DNA of 63,806 bases, filler included, from Dicyema japonicum (Eukaryota; Animalia; Dicyemida), in assembly GCA_011109175.1 (NCBI GenBank). It is 5 parts of 5 records of this genome, joined end to end, with 100 filler letters (N's around TTAATTAATTAA, not from the genome) between each part and the next. Parts side by side here need not be neighbours in the genome. Positions count along the whole stretch, not along the records: positions 32,514 to 59,435 come from RDEW01000034.1; positions 59,536 to 63,806 come from RDEW01000316.1; 3 more parts are not named here. The stretch is one strand, 5' to 3'. The stretch's first letter is position 1, and every line of letters starts with the position of its first letter. The position numbers and the translations under genes were made by a program. Of this stretch, positions 51,700-63,806 are shown piece by piece. The notes under the pieces are model-generated. The model had not been told where the DNA came from. It saw only the letters and a list, made by a program, of their open reading frames with translations, and did not search any database.

Positions 51700-51890
51700 A
51701 TTTATTATTTATTTAACACCCAAGACCACGGTAAGACCAAAACTAATTATTACGTGATCCCGAGGCGTTCCGTCAAAATCTCCATTCTTTCCCGGTGCTC
51801 TTCCATCGTACCCACACAAGCTCGTACTGGGCGGCTGACTGTATTTGCAGGGCCACCTTCCCGCATGCCGGAGTTTTGTTTAATAGGAGA
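51700..51890 (-). mobile_element. Second copy of the LINE 3' end seen at 3540-3740
   Basis: Close reverse complement of 3555-3735, including the TTAAATAAAATAATAAAT tail. Confidence 0.8.
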
Positions 51891-54479
51891 TTTCATGTTA
51901 ATTAGTATTATTAACTCTGACCTCCCTCCCTTGTAGCAGGCCAGTCATACTCAGGAGTTCAGAAGCTAGTGCTGAACGCTTCTATAGGTCTTTGATGTTC
52001 ACCTGAGGCCCCTTTAGGGGAAAGCTTCTTGTTGAATTAATTATAATTTCTCCGGACGTGGAAACCAAAAGCCCAACTCGACTCTGAGTAGAAAGTGTCA
52101 AGAACGTAGTTGTGTAAGGGTCCTCCTTGTTTCTCTGTCAAGGGTATCCTCCGAGCCATTTATCAATGGGGGAGAGCCATCCAACAGATCGTTCCAAAAC
52201 AATCTTGGATTGGCTTTGGTGGAGATGTGGTCATGTATTATCTTTAACTTGGTTTTATCAGGTGGAGACTGAAGAATTTTACCCAGTTCACGTAATCGGA
52301 TATTTTCAGAGATCGAATAGACAAATTAAAAAATAATGAAAACTTTGATTGAATAAGCCATATATCTTGGATTGGCTTCGGTGAAGATGTGGTCATGAAT
52401 TATCTTTAACTTGGTTTTATCAAGTGGAGACTGAAGAATTTTACCCAGTTCACGTAATCGGATATTTTCAGAGATCGAATAGACAAATTAAAAAATAATG
52501 AGAACTTTGATTGAATAAGCCATATTGAAGAAAACTCTTGAGAGTGCTGTCATATGGGATGAAATATTTGATAAGCTCATAATCGAACATAAACAGTTAC
52601 ACAATTATAGAGATAACGTGGATGAAGTCAATATTTTGAAAACAATTAAGAAAGTGGGTACAAATTACATCAACAGCCTTAGATTTTATTTTAACAAAAT
52701 TTCAAATTTCGAGGAGGTGAGTATAAAAATATACAGGAAAGTAAATGTTAGTTAGTAAGTTACAGAATGTGGAGATTCTGACGTGGATTCCAAAACATTG
52801 AAGAGCGATATCTCAAAATTTTGGCAATCTTATAGAAATTTCAGATGCGCGAAAAAAGAAGAGATAAAAATAATTTCATAAAGTAAAAAATCAATGAGCA
52901 ACAAAGGAACTTATGCAATAATTTTATTTGAACTCCACGTAGAAACTGTGTGGGAAACTATGATACTCACATAGGTTTTGAGATGAACGCTGCTTGTATT
53001 AGAAATTTCTAATAATTCAGAAATTTTACTAATAAAGTTAATGGAATACTAACATACTTACAATATCCTTTGAACAGAATTGAAATATCGATAACAGTGC
53101 AAACTTAATCCTATGGGAGAAAAACGACAATTTCAGGATACCACTTTGCCATAACAACAAGGGACTAAATGTATAAAATCCTAAATAGATTAGATTATAA
53201 TAGAAACATGAAGACTATATCAAGTTTTACTTAGTCTTTGAGATGTTCATCAGAGAAGAAAATGCGCTTCCTTTTGACGAGATTAAATTTATAAAAGTCA
53301 TTACTACAATCTCTTGTAGGAGGAGATCGCAAAATTCATCAGATTTGAATCTTCCAAACTACAAGCAGGCAAAAGATACGAGCCTCAAAAGTAAAGAAAT
53401 TGAATGACTTGGGGATCTCGGTAAATTTATACTTTTTGGTTCTAAAGTGAATCCACGTGTAAAATTTAGTCAGATTGTAGTAGAATTCTAGATCATGAGA
53501 AGAAGAGATTCTGAAGTTATACTTAAAAACTCGTTTAAATGAATTTGACTCAGTTCGACATGTGCACACTGAAATCAATTGATTGTAGATGATTACTATT
53601 TCGACCGTAAACATGTGAAAACTGTTGGATTGGATTCGAATCATCCATGAATGGGAGTAGATGACGAATGAGGAGTAAACTTCCTTTATCACGTGGATGA
53701 AAAAGTTGTAGCTGTCATGACTACCAATATTTTTGAATAGCATCCAGCGGTTTTTTTGTATCGGATTTGAAAGCTATTAGACATTTTTTGAAGACCAGCT
53801 TTGCATAGAAGGACACTACTGAAGCAACAGCTCACTCAAGGAGTGTTGGGGATAAATCGAAGTAATTGCTTGAAGATTGACTCCAAGACAACCCAAAATG
53901 ATGTGGACGCATAGATTGAAGGACATGGATCAGACATTGTCGGTGATGTTGTTGAATCATTAGATCACTGGGTTAAAGAAAAAAAAGAAAGTTTCCAACT
54001 GATTCCAGACCGAAAATGAAGTCATAAAGTCCAACTGTGAAGGTCGTCCATTGTAGCCCGCCTCGTTGGATACGGTTTTCGCTTGTAGTTGTATGATAAT
54101 GTTGTGGTCAATGCTGGAGTTGTGATAACCCAAAATGATGGTTTCGCAGATTAATGAATTATTGGATAGGTTATTAGAGAATTATTAAATTTTGTAATAT
54201 TTTGTGTCACCGTCACATCAATGCAGTCGGCATATAAGTGGACAGCATCAAAATGTTATTTATATTAATGAGTCCATATAAAATGTATCTTATTTTTTTT
54301 CTAAGTTCCATTTTAAACCTATTTTTAATGGTTTAATGACTTCTGGAAATCTAAGATAGACAACAAAACCAACCTAACGTCATAATTGTATCCAGTTAAC
54401 ACTACAGAAAGAATCCATCCGGAATCAGTATTGTTTATTACATTTAAAAGTTTTCCATTTTAAAATATTCATTTTTAAT

Positions 54480-54775
54480 TCTAAAAGCTATTCCTTGCCG
54501 AAACCTAGGGACTTTTTTGGACGACGATTCTTTTTGAAGATGGAATCGGACAAAGGCTAGGACTATACGTTTGCCAGGATCACCGATGCCGATGCGGGAG
54601 AATAGTAGATGCGAAGGGATTGCACCCGCTGTCATGCAGAAGAAACGCCGGAAGAAGACCACGTCACGCTGCTCTGAACGATGTGATCGTCAGAGCTCTG
54701 AAGGCTACAGGCTTCCCATCTCAGCTTGAACCAATGGGTCTCGATACAAGTAATGGAAAATTAAAAGGATACGAC
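54480..54775 (+). mobile_element. CRE-like RLE fragment (CCHC region), frameshifted
   Basis: AIPCRNLGTFLDDDS...IGQRLGLYVCQDHRCRCGRIVDAKGLHPLSCRRNAGRRPRHAALNDVIVRALKATGFPSQLEPMGLD; clearly related to 37483-37720. Confidence 0.85.
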
Positions 54776-56554
54776 TGTAGTTTTTTTTCAATTTTTAAAA
54801 AGCCAAGAATCTTATTTGTGTGAATTTATCTGGATATTTTATTAAGGAAAAGTAGTGAAAAAGTTAACAGAGTTTTGAATGTAATAATTCTACACGAATC
54901 TGAAAAAAGGAATTTAAAAAATATTCATCATAAGAAAACTTTACATTTCAGTAAAAATATAAGCGATTCTGTATATTTTATAAAAGAATATAGAATTATC
55001 GTCAATTAATTATAAATAAACTTGTCTTGTCTTTGCAACATTTTGATAATAAAAAAATATTTATCTATGTTATTCGAAGGATAAATTATGTTGATTTTAA
55101 AATTAAAAATAAATAATTAAAACAATTCATTAAATTATTATATAATTTAAATTTAGTTTATTTGTCGATACCGATATTATAATGTATATTTCAGTGAAAC
55201 TCTATACAAAATTGTCAGAAACCATAACGAATTCAAATTGTACTATTTAGTATCACATATCTCATCTATAGCATTATTTTTGAAATTTTTTTTTACCTGA
55301 AGCACACCATCTAATTTCTGACTATTATTTGGGAAGCCAAAGAATGTGTCAACGCGTGAAGAACCAGGCATTACTTAACTATTGCATTAATAAGCAAAAT
55401 TGAAATAATTTGGCTTCTATGTGGATTGATTAGAAGAAGGCTTTTGATCGGTCATGAAATTCTGAATCAAGTTCTCGAAACCTCTGGACTTCCTACCTTA
55501 ATTTTGACCTTTGTAAAGAACTTGGTCACAAAATAGAAAATGAACTTGAATTTCAACTGGATTCTACAGTATTGCTTTCTATGACTCATTCTTTTTGTCC
55601 CTTCTGCTCTTAGTGTTTATTCCTACCTTTTAATTAGTTCCCAGAATAGGATCAATTCCAATTCCATAATAACTTCACATCTGACTTCTTGTTCTCAGAT
55701 CTAAATATTCCCTGAAGTGACAGGAAACAAGCTTGAGTAGGTACAACCTCCGAAAGGTACAATCTCCTGAAAAGAATAGGACCAAAACTCATCGAAGGGG
55801 TTAACAATTAAATCAATTGGTTCCTATTGGACCTCAACCTTGACAACCATCGCTATACATAATCCATGATGCNTTAACAATTAAATCAATTGCTTCCTAT
55901 TGGACCTCAACCTTGACAACCATCGCTATACATAATCCATGATGCGAATAATCAACATTGATGAGGTCTTAACCAGCAGTCTTGTTATTTCAGAGAATAT
56001 AATTGTTAATAAAATTCTAACTGGGGTGAGATTGAAGATCTACGACTGGAGCTTGTAAAGACCTCAGTTCTGAAAGTATTGCCAAGCCAAAATTATTCAA
56101 AATTTTTATTGTATATTGAAGTTTTTCTATATTAGTTTCTATTAATACTGAATTTTATTTTTTTTCATCTGATCCGATGAGAGTTTATCTTACAGCAGCT
56201 TTACATACGATTAATCTATCACTAGCGTCTGAGGGAAATTCATTTCACGGCATTCTTCGATTAATGTTATTAAACCCACCTTCATTGTTATTATTTCTTT
56301 GTGATAATTCAATATTCGAGANATTAATACTGAATTTTATTTTTTTCCATCTGATCCGATGAGAGTTTATCTTTAAGCAGCTTTACATACGATTAATCTA
56401 TCACTAGCGTCTGAGGGAAATTCATTTCACAGCATTCTTCGATTAATGTAATTAAACCCACCTTCATTGTTAATATTTCTTTGTGATAATTCAATATTCG
56501 AGGGAGGATCAAAAAATGCACTTCACTTTTGTGTTTTCATTTCTTGGGTGTATG

Positions 56555-56725
56555 TTTTTTTTATAGACGATCCGGTTCCGCAGTGAAGTTCATTGATGAC
56601 GTTGCCACTCGTCAAGTCAAAGCATATTGATGCGTGGAACTTTCAACCAAAATGTGAAGTATCGTGATCCGAACTAGCGACCTTCAGGTCTCTTAAACAG
56701 CAACCGTCACACAACGCCTCTTTCT
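56555..56725 (-). mobile_element. SINE family B, near-full copy with A-tail
   Basis: Reverse complement ends ...CACTGCGGAACCGGATCGTCTATAAAAAAAA and aligns with 11464-11623. Confidence 0.75.
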
Positions 56726-57550
56726 CGGGAAAAACAAGGCATCATACTTTCATGTGTTAGCTGCTGACCACTACATCTAAATTCAAAGATAACTCTAATG
56801 AGATATCTCAAAAAAATACTTTCCGAGGTAGTGAATCTCTTGAGAGATGAGGATCACAAAGTCTTGAGAGATGAAGATCACTNATTCGAACTAGCGACTT
56901 TCAGGCCTCTTGACCAGCAACCGTCACACAACGCCTCCCTCTCGGGAAAAACAAGGCATCATACTTTCATGTAGTAGCTGCTGACCACTACATCTAAATT
57001 CAAAGATAACTCTAATGAGATATCTCAAAAAATACTTTCCGATGTAGTGAAGCTCTTGAGAGATGAGGATCACAAAGTCTTGAGAGATGAAGATCACTTG
57101 TCTTTATTGTCTTAGTGTAACAGATAATCCAGGCGTGACTTAGTAGCTTACTCGTCTTTCCCAGTGTTTACTTTGATCTCACGCACTTTCTGTACGTTTG
57201 TGCTACATGTAGATCAATAGGATATGTCATTCAAGATTCCTTCCAATGAGGAACCTCAGGTTTTAACAAGACTATCCTTGACACTTATTGAATCAGACAA
57301 CCTAGTCGCGAACAGGTAAAGATTCTTCAGTTACCACTTGATAAATCCAATCCAAATACAATGCAGACCACATCCTCATCAAAGTAATCCGAAGACTCGT
57401 TTGGGACGTACTACTGGATAGCCCTCCTATTATTGTGGATGACTGAGAGACTAGCATCGACAGAAAAACGAGGATTACNNNNNNNNNNNNNNNNNNNNNN
57501 NNNNNNNNNNNNNNNNNNNNNNNNNNNNNNNNNNNNNNNNNNNNNNNNNN

Positions 57551-57885
57551 CTTGCTTTGGCATTCATAAACTTCATTTGTAGAACTCCGATGCGGTCATT
57601 AACTGCCCATAATCTGTAGATATGGGGAAGAAATTCCATTTTGATGGCAAAACCCAGTCCATAGTGCCTGTTGACAGTCGGGAGAAAGATCACTTTGAAT
57701 TTACCACATGTTTCTTCGTGGTTATCTTGAATTTTGGTTTCCTGTAGGCAACCGATTGCGACATCGTATTATGTAGGTCTTGAGAAAGGGAGGTCATTTT
57801 CCAAGAAGAGGTTAGGCCTCGGGCATTGAATGAGAACAGCGAGAATTTGTCCAAAAGATAAGGTTCGTACTTTTCAGACATGTTA
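57551..57885 (-). mobile_element. RTE-type apurinic endonuclease (APE) N-terminal fragment
   Basis: FSFNARGL...DVAIGCLQETK...HYGLGFAI...LWAVNDRIGVLQM. Confidence 0.8.
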
Positions 57886-59099
57886 ATACTTAATTAGAGC
57901 CACGTCACCAGCTCAACCAAAACTTTTGGATTTTATCTTTATCTTTTTGGGATTTGTATTTAAAATAATAGGATCATTAATTATCTTTCTTGGAGGCACT
58001 GTAATATTATTAAAAACACATATTTTCGTCTCTTTCCTTGTACGTAAAAGATCGTCTGGAATTTCAAATGTTTGTTCTACTGATTCATCTTCAGAAAATG
58101 CATTAATTATTCAATTTCATTTTTGCTTCTTGTTCCTGAAGAAATCCCCATGAAGATATTAAGCGGCATATGTCGAGCATTGCATGCATAGAATTGTTAT
58201 AATCGTTTACTAGCTTTAGGAATTTGAATATATCCTCCGAATATACCACTTGAATTTCTAAAGCCGTTATCCACTTCTTTATGGATTGGTTTAACCTAAA
58301 GATGATATATATAACCACTCTAATTGCCATGGTATCCTAGATGCTTTTGGAAGACCAAAACTTGTTTCGTGCCAAATTATTTTTAAACTTCGTCAAGTGT
58401 AGAATTTTGGTATTCTTTTTCCATTTTGGCTNAACCACTCTAATTGCCATGGTATCCTAGATGCTCTTGGACGACCAAAACTTGTTTCGTGCCAAATTCT
58501 TTTTAAACTTCGTCAAATGTAGAATTTTGGTATTCTTTTCCATTTTGGTTATACACTAAGACTGGTGTTCGAATTACGCAGGATATCCCTTTTACTATGT
58601 TCGATATTTCAGGTGCAGATTTTGAGGATCAACGACACTAAATTTGCACAAAGAACATATCAGTACAAGAATCTTTTAATAAAATGAAATTATCCCCAAT
58701 ATTAATCGTCGTTAAGTTCCGATAATTTCATAAACTCAAAAGGATTTCTGTCACGTGGAGCATATGCTATTAATAGTGTAATTGTTGGTTTAGTGGCATC
58801 AAACGCAGAGACTAAATTAATTACAAAGTTAAACCTGACAAAGAGCACACTCCTTTTTATCAAGCGTCACAGGAGTGGTCCTATTAATCTTTAGTGACTC
58901 TCTAACATGATGACTCTGGATGATCCATGGTATCGGATTATTTGTAATTCTCGAGTCAAGACATAAAGTCTTCATTTGTTGAATATAATCTCTTTAAAGA
59001 GTGCTATAGACCAGAATCCGCTATTAAAAAAATTCCAAAGATCAACGGGAACCAAACTAACTAGGTCCTTGATCAAGGATCGTTACAGCGTTCCAGAAA

Positions 59100-59264
59100 T
59101 TGTCTCCATGTAATGACATTTCCCCGGGGAAGAATAGTTGGATCCTCTTGATGCCACACTGGCATTGGAGGTCGACTAAGTTAGGTGGATCCATTGACGC
59201 CATCCCAAGGAAGGAAAATAATTTATGGCCAACCAGCACATAACATCACATGGTGTCACGCGGC
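59100..59264 (-). mobile_element. Diverged SINE family A relative
   Basis: Reverse complement begins GCCGCGTGACACCATGTG and contains GGCGTCAATGGATCCACCT...ATGCCAGTGTGGCAT...GGATCCA. Confidence 0.65.
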
Positions 59265-59958
59265 CAAAAACTAAATTGTATGATATTTAAAAATATTATA
59301 AATTTTATCATCTTTCTTATTTAAATAATGATTTTATTTAATAAGTTTTATAAATGATATATAAATCATATTTTCACAATTAATTTAAGTACTGAAGTTT
59401 ATTGGAAATTTATTTCTAATTTACGAGCAAGTCTCNNNNNNNNNNNNNNNNNNNNNNNNNNNNNNNNNNNNNNNNNNNNTTAATTAATTAANNNNNNNNN
59501 NNNNNNNNNNNNNNNNNNNNNNNNNNNNNNNNNNNTCTGCAAAATAACAAGATATCTAGGAAGAATATTTTGGAATGTGGTGGATCAGTGGATCGGAGAC
59601 ACGCCTCAGCAATTCTTTCAGACAAGAAGATATGACAGAGAGGTCCTCATTGACCAACAGTGAGTTTAATTCCTCAGAAGATAATAATTTTTTCTGCAAT
59701 CTTTGGATATTTTTTGAGGATCTAAAATAAAGAATTGGTGTGTGTATACAATAATAAGTGGGTTTATCTGTATCTACTTTTGTGCCACGTCATCAAAACA
59801 TACAACCACGTGGTACCCCAAACAGATATTTTTGCCGCCTTTTTCCAACGACGGTATTATATTCTTATTGTACTAACTTATAAATTATATTATTTAATTA
59901 ACTTTTAATAATTTAAAAACCTAAATATAAATAAAATTGTTATAAACTAATAAGTGTA

Positions 59959-62900
59959 ATGTTTTCTGCAATTATAGTCCTCTCCTACACCATTTCTGGA
60001 TGGGAAGAGTACATTAATATATTATCAACATACAGGAATATGGACCAGTGGCAGGTCAATTTACAGGCCGGACTACACAGTTTAGCACTATTCTCCACAG
60101 ATTTGGAGCAAGTAATACTCTCTAATTACTTAATCAATCATATTGACTGCTAATTTTAGATTTATCAACAAAAAATCAATCTTTTTAATGTTTCCTTTCA
60201 AAATATCTCTTCTCCAGATATAAAGGCGGCAAATATATTGGAAAATCGATTTCTACAAACTTCAGAAAAACTTAAAGTTCTCGAACGTTCTGGAACATTC
60301 TAGAAAATTGTATCTACAGTGGAGACCCAATTAAGAGAGGGAATTATCGACTCATCCTTAACTGTACAATATATAAAATAGTTAAGAACTATCACTACGT
60401 GGATTCCACAAATGTGACTGATGGTTTGCCTCTGACCTTTGACCCTACGTTGAACAGGGAGGTCAGTTATGGCAGCTCAGTCGTCGAAATCCCCACGGAA
60501 ATATACCCTGGTAGTTCCTGCCTCTATCCTGTCCTCAGATAATCTCATTTTGAATTCAATCATGTGGACCAACGAGACAGATTCCGTTTTTTATCAAAAT
60601 AATATGAATAATTCCTCTTGGTTCCAATTCTTCGCCCTTGATAATTCAGTCTTTCGTATTTTTCCAGGTTATTTATAATTATTTAAATATTATTTAATTT
60701 ATTTAAATTTAATTTATTTAATTAAATAGGATTTAAAAGAGCGCCAAATAAAATAAGTTTATATGATGCAAGACACACGTCGTGGTACTCATCCTCCGCC
60801 ACACTACCAAGAGACATGATAATAACAATAGACAAGTGGCAAGCCTATATGCACGTATAGTAGTGGTAGTACAAATGGACGAACCCTCCTGTTAATGAAG
60901 CTAACAGTCCGCAGTATCCTCCAATCCTCAACCAGAATGACCACATAAACATTGTACGGTATGGAATATCCCCAGCCTGGACAAGCTGCCTCCAATCCCT
61001 CGTCCCAGCTAATTCTCACAACAAGAAAGTCCCATTAAACACAAATTGTTTAGATTTTATACCAAAGTGTGAATAATCTACAATCCAAGGGCGTCGGCAG
61101 TCTAAGTTTAGGCCTGGAATTCTCCTTTATAGAACTATTAAAAGTAAATTGCCCTCGACATGTAGACAGTTCAATAGTGTGAATACTATTCCCCTTATAG
61201 TAGTATTGACAGACGGGGATGCTGACAGTGTGGAGTATGTCTCCAATAAGTATAATTCCCCTCATGTCTACTCCTTTATATATCCCTTAGATTAAAATAT
61301 TCTCATTCGTTGTACAGCAGGGGGATGCGTTTTTTAGTACTCTCTACTCATTGGCCTGTCAGAATGGGGGTTTTATTATACTATTAAAACTATTGGGGCA
61401 ATTGCTACTGTTGTTGATGTATTATTTATATATATTTATATAGATTATAAATAAAAAAACATCGAGGTTAACCACACTAAATAATAAACAAGAACAATCA
61501 ATTTCAAATCCAATTCGGTTCCTTGTGGTACACTATTAAATCACATGTTAGACATCAAAATTATCGTTACTACTAACACAACCAATATTTACTTATACCA
61601 ACCAAACACATAAGGGGGTTGCTGGCATTGAGATCCCCTTGGATTCAATAAGACAAGACATACAGCACAACATACCTTATGGAACATATATTTTTATTCT
61701 CTCAAAAAATGGTTACGTAATATGCACCCCGGACTGGCCTATGACCTCCACTTTGATTGGGATGGTCCTGACCTAAGTCTAGCCTACTTTGAGCATAACA
61801 GCACTCAACTGCTCAATGTAATAAAATGTATTATTCATGGATAGTTAATCGACCAAATTACTACAATATATCACTTAATACTGCCAATATAAACATATTG
61901 AAATACTTACGACATGTTAGTATTCTATTTGATTGAATAGGACAAATACTACTCATACTATGCTGAATATACATATAAATGGACCACAATCCCAACTATG
62001 GCATACATGTTGTGGCTGCTATGCCCTACAACACCTCCTACATGCATATACCCACATCACCAACAAACAACCTCAGTTTATTTATTATTTTATTTTTTAG
62101 CAAATTTAAAAAACAATATAATATTAAAATTAAATAAGTATATTTATTAAGTTAATTAGTAAATTATGTAATTCAATTAACACCCCAACTTTGATCACCG
62201 CACAGACCTTTCTTAGTCAGATTACAACCAATTGTGAGTGTATTGTCCTAACAATGAAGGCTCGGAAATGGCGGTAAAAAATATCCGTTTTGATTACCAC
62301 GTGTTTTCCGAGTTTGACGACGTGGTGCAAAGCAAAAACATATCCAAGTCTAATTAATATATATTAAACCAAATAGAACACAAAATAACACTCTGTTTGT
62401 TATTGGTAGTTCATCCCTGGTTGATTTAGTGTATAATGAAAGGTATTTACTTAGTTTTTACACTACAGCTCGACTGTTAGTGAGGCTGCCAATCGGCTTA
62501 CAGATTTGTTGAATTATAATTCCAGATATCTCCAGGGATTTCTGGATACGGATATTCTAGTTGAGTCTGTTAACTTGAATGGTAGTCTCTTAATTAATGA
62601 AATAAAGGACATGTCAGAATACAGATAACAAAGCCAATTATTGTATCACATCAAACTATGGCAGGTAATATTTTATTTAAAAATATTAATAAATAGTAAT
62701 TGGAGTATTTATAAATATTAATATACTAAATGATTTAATAAATCAAAATTGTGGACAAGCAAGTCAATTGCATTGTGTTCTACTGGATGCTGGAGGTCAC
62801 CTTATATCAACCAACCAGCCTAAAGAACTGTCAAAAATAGGCCTATTTTACGGTACTGTGTCCCCATTGGTCATGAATATACTACTGAGGGGAGGAATAT

Positions 62901-63453
62901 ACACTCAGTGGTGTGTTGGCTATCACTCCTAATAGACATACTGTGGGGAACCCCCAGGCTGCCTGTTCCATTACTCATCCAAATGTGTGTTTGTCTGAAT
63001 TGACTTATTACGTAATGACTTCAAAAACACATTATTCATACGTGATTAATGATAGTATTTGTTCAAAGTAATATTTTATGTTTATTTGTGAATAGGAAAC
63101 TTAGTGGGAGAAGACTTTTGGGATTTAAAGTGTTTTTGTGGCTTTGGAACTCAATGATTGTCCGTGTCTGACCAATTGTAGTGATTTGTTGGAGGTTCCC
63201 CCTTATGGAGAGAAGTTGCCGACAACCCAGGGTGGTCTGGTTGTTTATTGTGTTTAGATGAGGTTACTAGTATTAGTTGTAGACGAGGTATGGGGAGTGT
63301 ATATATGCCGAGTGATAATATTACTTATGTTCAGGTTGTTTTTTGTTTTATTTTTTGGAGAGATTGGATTATGGGTGTGGGAATTGTGTGAGTCGGGGAT
63401 TTTTGTGGTCTCTGTCGATTATTTTACATATATTATTATGTTTTGAATACTAA
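59959..63453 (+). CDS. CACNA2D: Voltage-gated calcium channel alpha2-delta subunit (VWA_N, VWA, Cache domains, hydrophobic C-terminus). Many tiny introns and several 1-nt frameshifts
   Basis: Spliced pieces: signal-like MFSAIIVLSY; SSVVEIPTEIYP..NLILNSIMWTNETDSVF; FQFFALDNSVFRIFP; YDARHTSWYSSSATLPRDMIITIDK-SGS; PANSHNKK-ILYQSVNNL; PLIVVLTDG; LACQNGGFYYTI; GVAGIEIPL; KNGYV..HPGL; HCVLLDAGGHLI...IGLFYGTVSP; final DYGCGNCVSRGFLWSLSIILHILLCFEY*. All are collinear with CACNA2D1 as I recall it. Confidence 0.9.
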
Positions 63454-63806
63454 TCATCTGATTGGGTATGTTTTATCAAAAATTTAATTTTTATTACATT
63501 TTTTTATAATTGGTAATAAATTGCATTACTTACATTAGTAGTAATTAAAGTAATTATATTGCGAATTGTCATGTTTTAACAATTTTAAACAAAAATTGAA
63601 TTTTAAATTCATTTTTTCATAATTTAGACTATTTTATAGAACAATTATTTGGTAATAAATGGCATTATAGTAATTAAAGTATATTATATTGTTAATTGTC
63701 ATGTTTTAACTATTCTAAACAAAATTGTTTTCTTACTTTATTTCTATCGTCATCAACCATCATCTCCACGTCGATTGCCTTCAAATATGCAGAATAACTC
63801 CACTCC

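Noticed and set aside
61074-61076. In-frame TAA between two open stretches, suggesting an alternative genetic code
   Set aside because: Resolved by a 25-nt intron and a frame change. MSH2 and ANKRD45 exons read normally in the standard code.
59781-62335. Apparent 2.5-kb element with terminal inverted repeats (transposon or minicircle-like)
   Set aside because: The interior and the right-hand repeat are CACNA2D coding exons. Kept only as an inverted-exon observation.
59536-63806. Possible mitochondrial or viral insert suggested by its different composition and short ORFs
   Set aside because: Explained by a spliced nuclear alpha2-delta gene.

Overview
AT-rich eukaryotic nuclear DNA, almost certainly metazoan, not prokaryotic. 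The few host genes (partial MSH2, 3' half of ANKRD45, a ZYG11/ZER1-family gene, a near-complete CACNA2D/alpha2-delta gene) have tiny GT-AG introns, mostly 22-28 nt. This fits a reduced animal such as a dicyemid, but that identity is inference. The window is not one contiguous molecule: four artificial 100-bp linkers (N44-TTAATTAATTAA-N44) split it into five pieces, and many ~70-260 bp tandem duplications look like scaffolding or gap-filling artefacts. Most of the rest is decayed mobile DNA: CRE-clade non-LTR retrotransposon pieces (RT and restriction-like endonuclease, RLE), RTE and Jockey/I-like LINE pieces, hAT transposase pieces, an rve integrase, two SINE-like families, MITEs and a stray 28S rRNA 5' fragment. 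Best leads: (1) an in-frame chimeric ORF joining a ZYG11-type N-terminus (putative Elongin-BC box) to a motif-intact CRE endonuclease with a poly(A) tail (37169-38143); (2) a ~320-bp SINE-like element with a 13-bp TSD carrying a pseudoknot with HDV-ribozyme-like topology and apparent covariation; (3) a three-copy CRE/host-like exon/antisense-CRE module that may be a 3' transduction. All homology calls are by-eye motif recognition; no searches were run.
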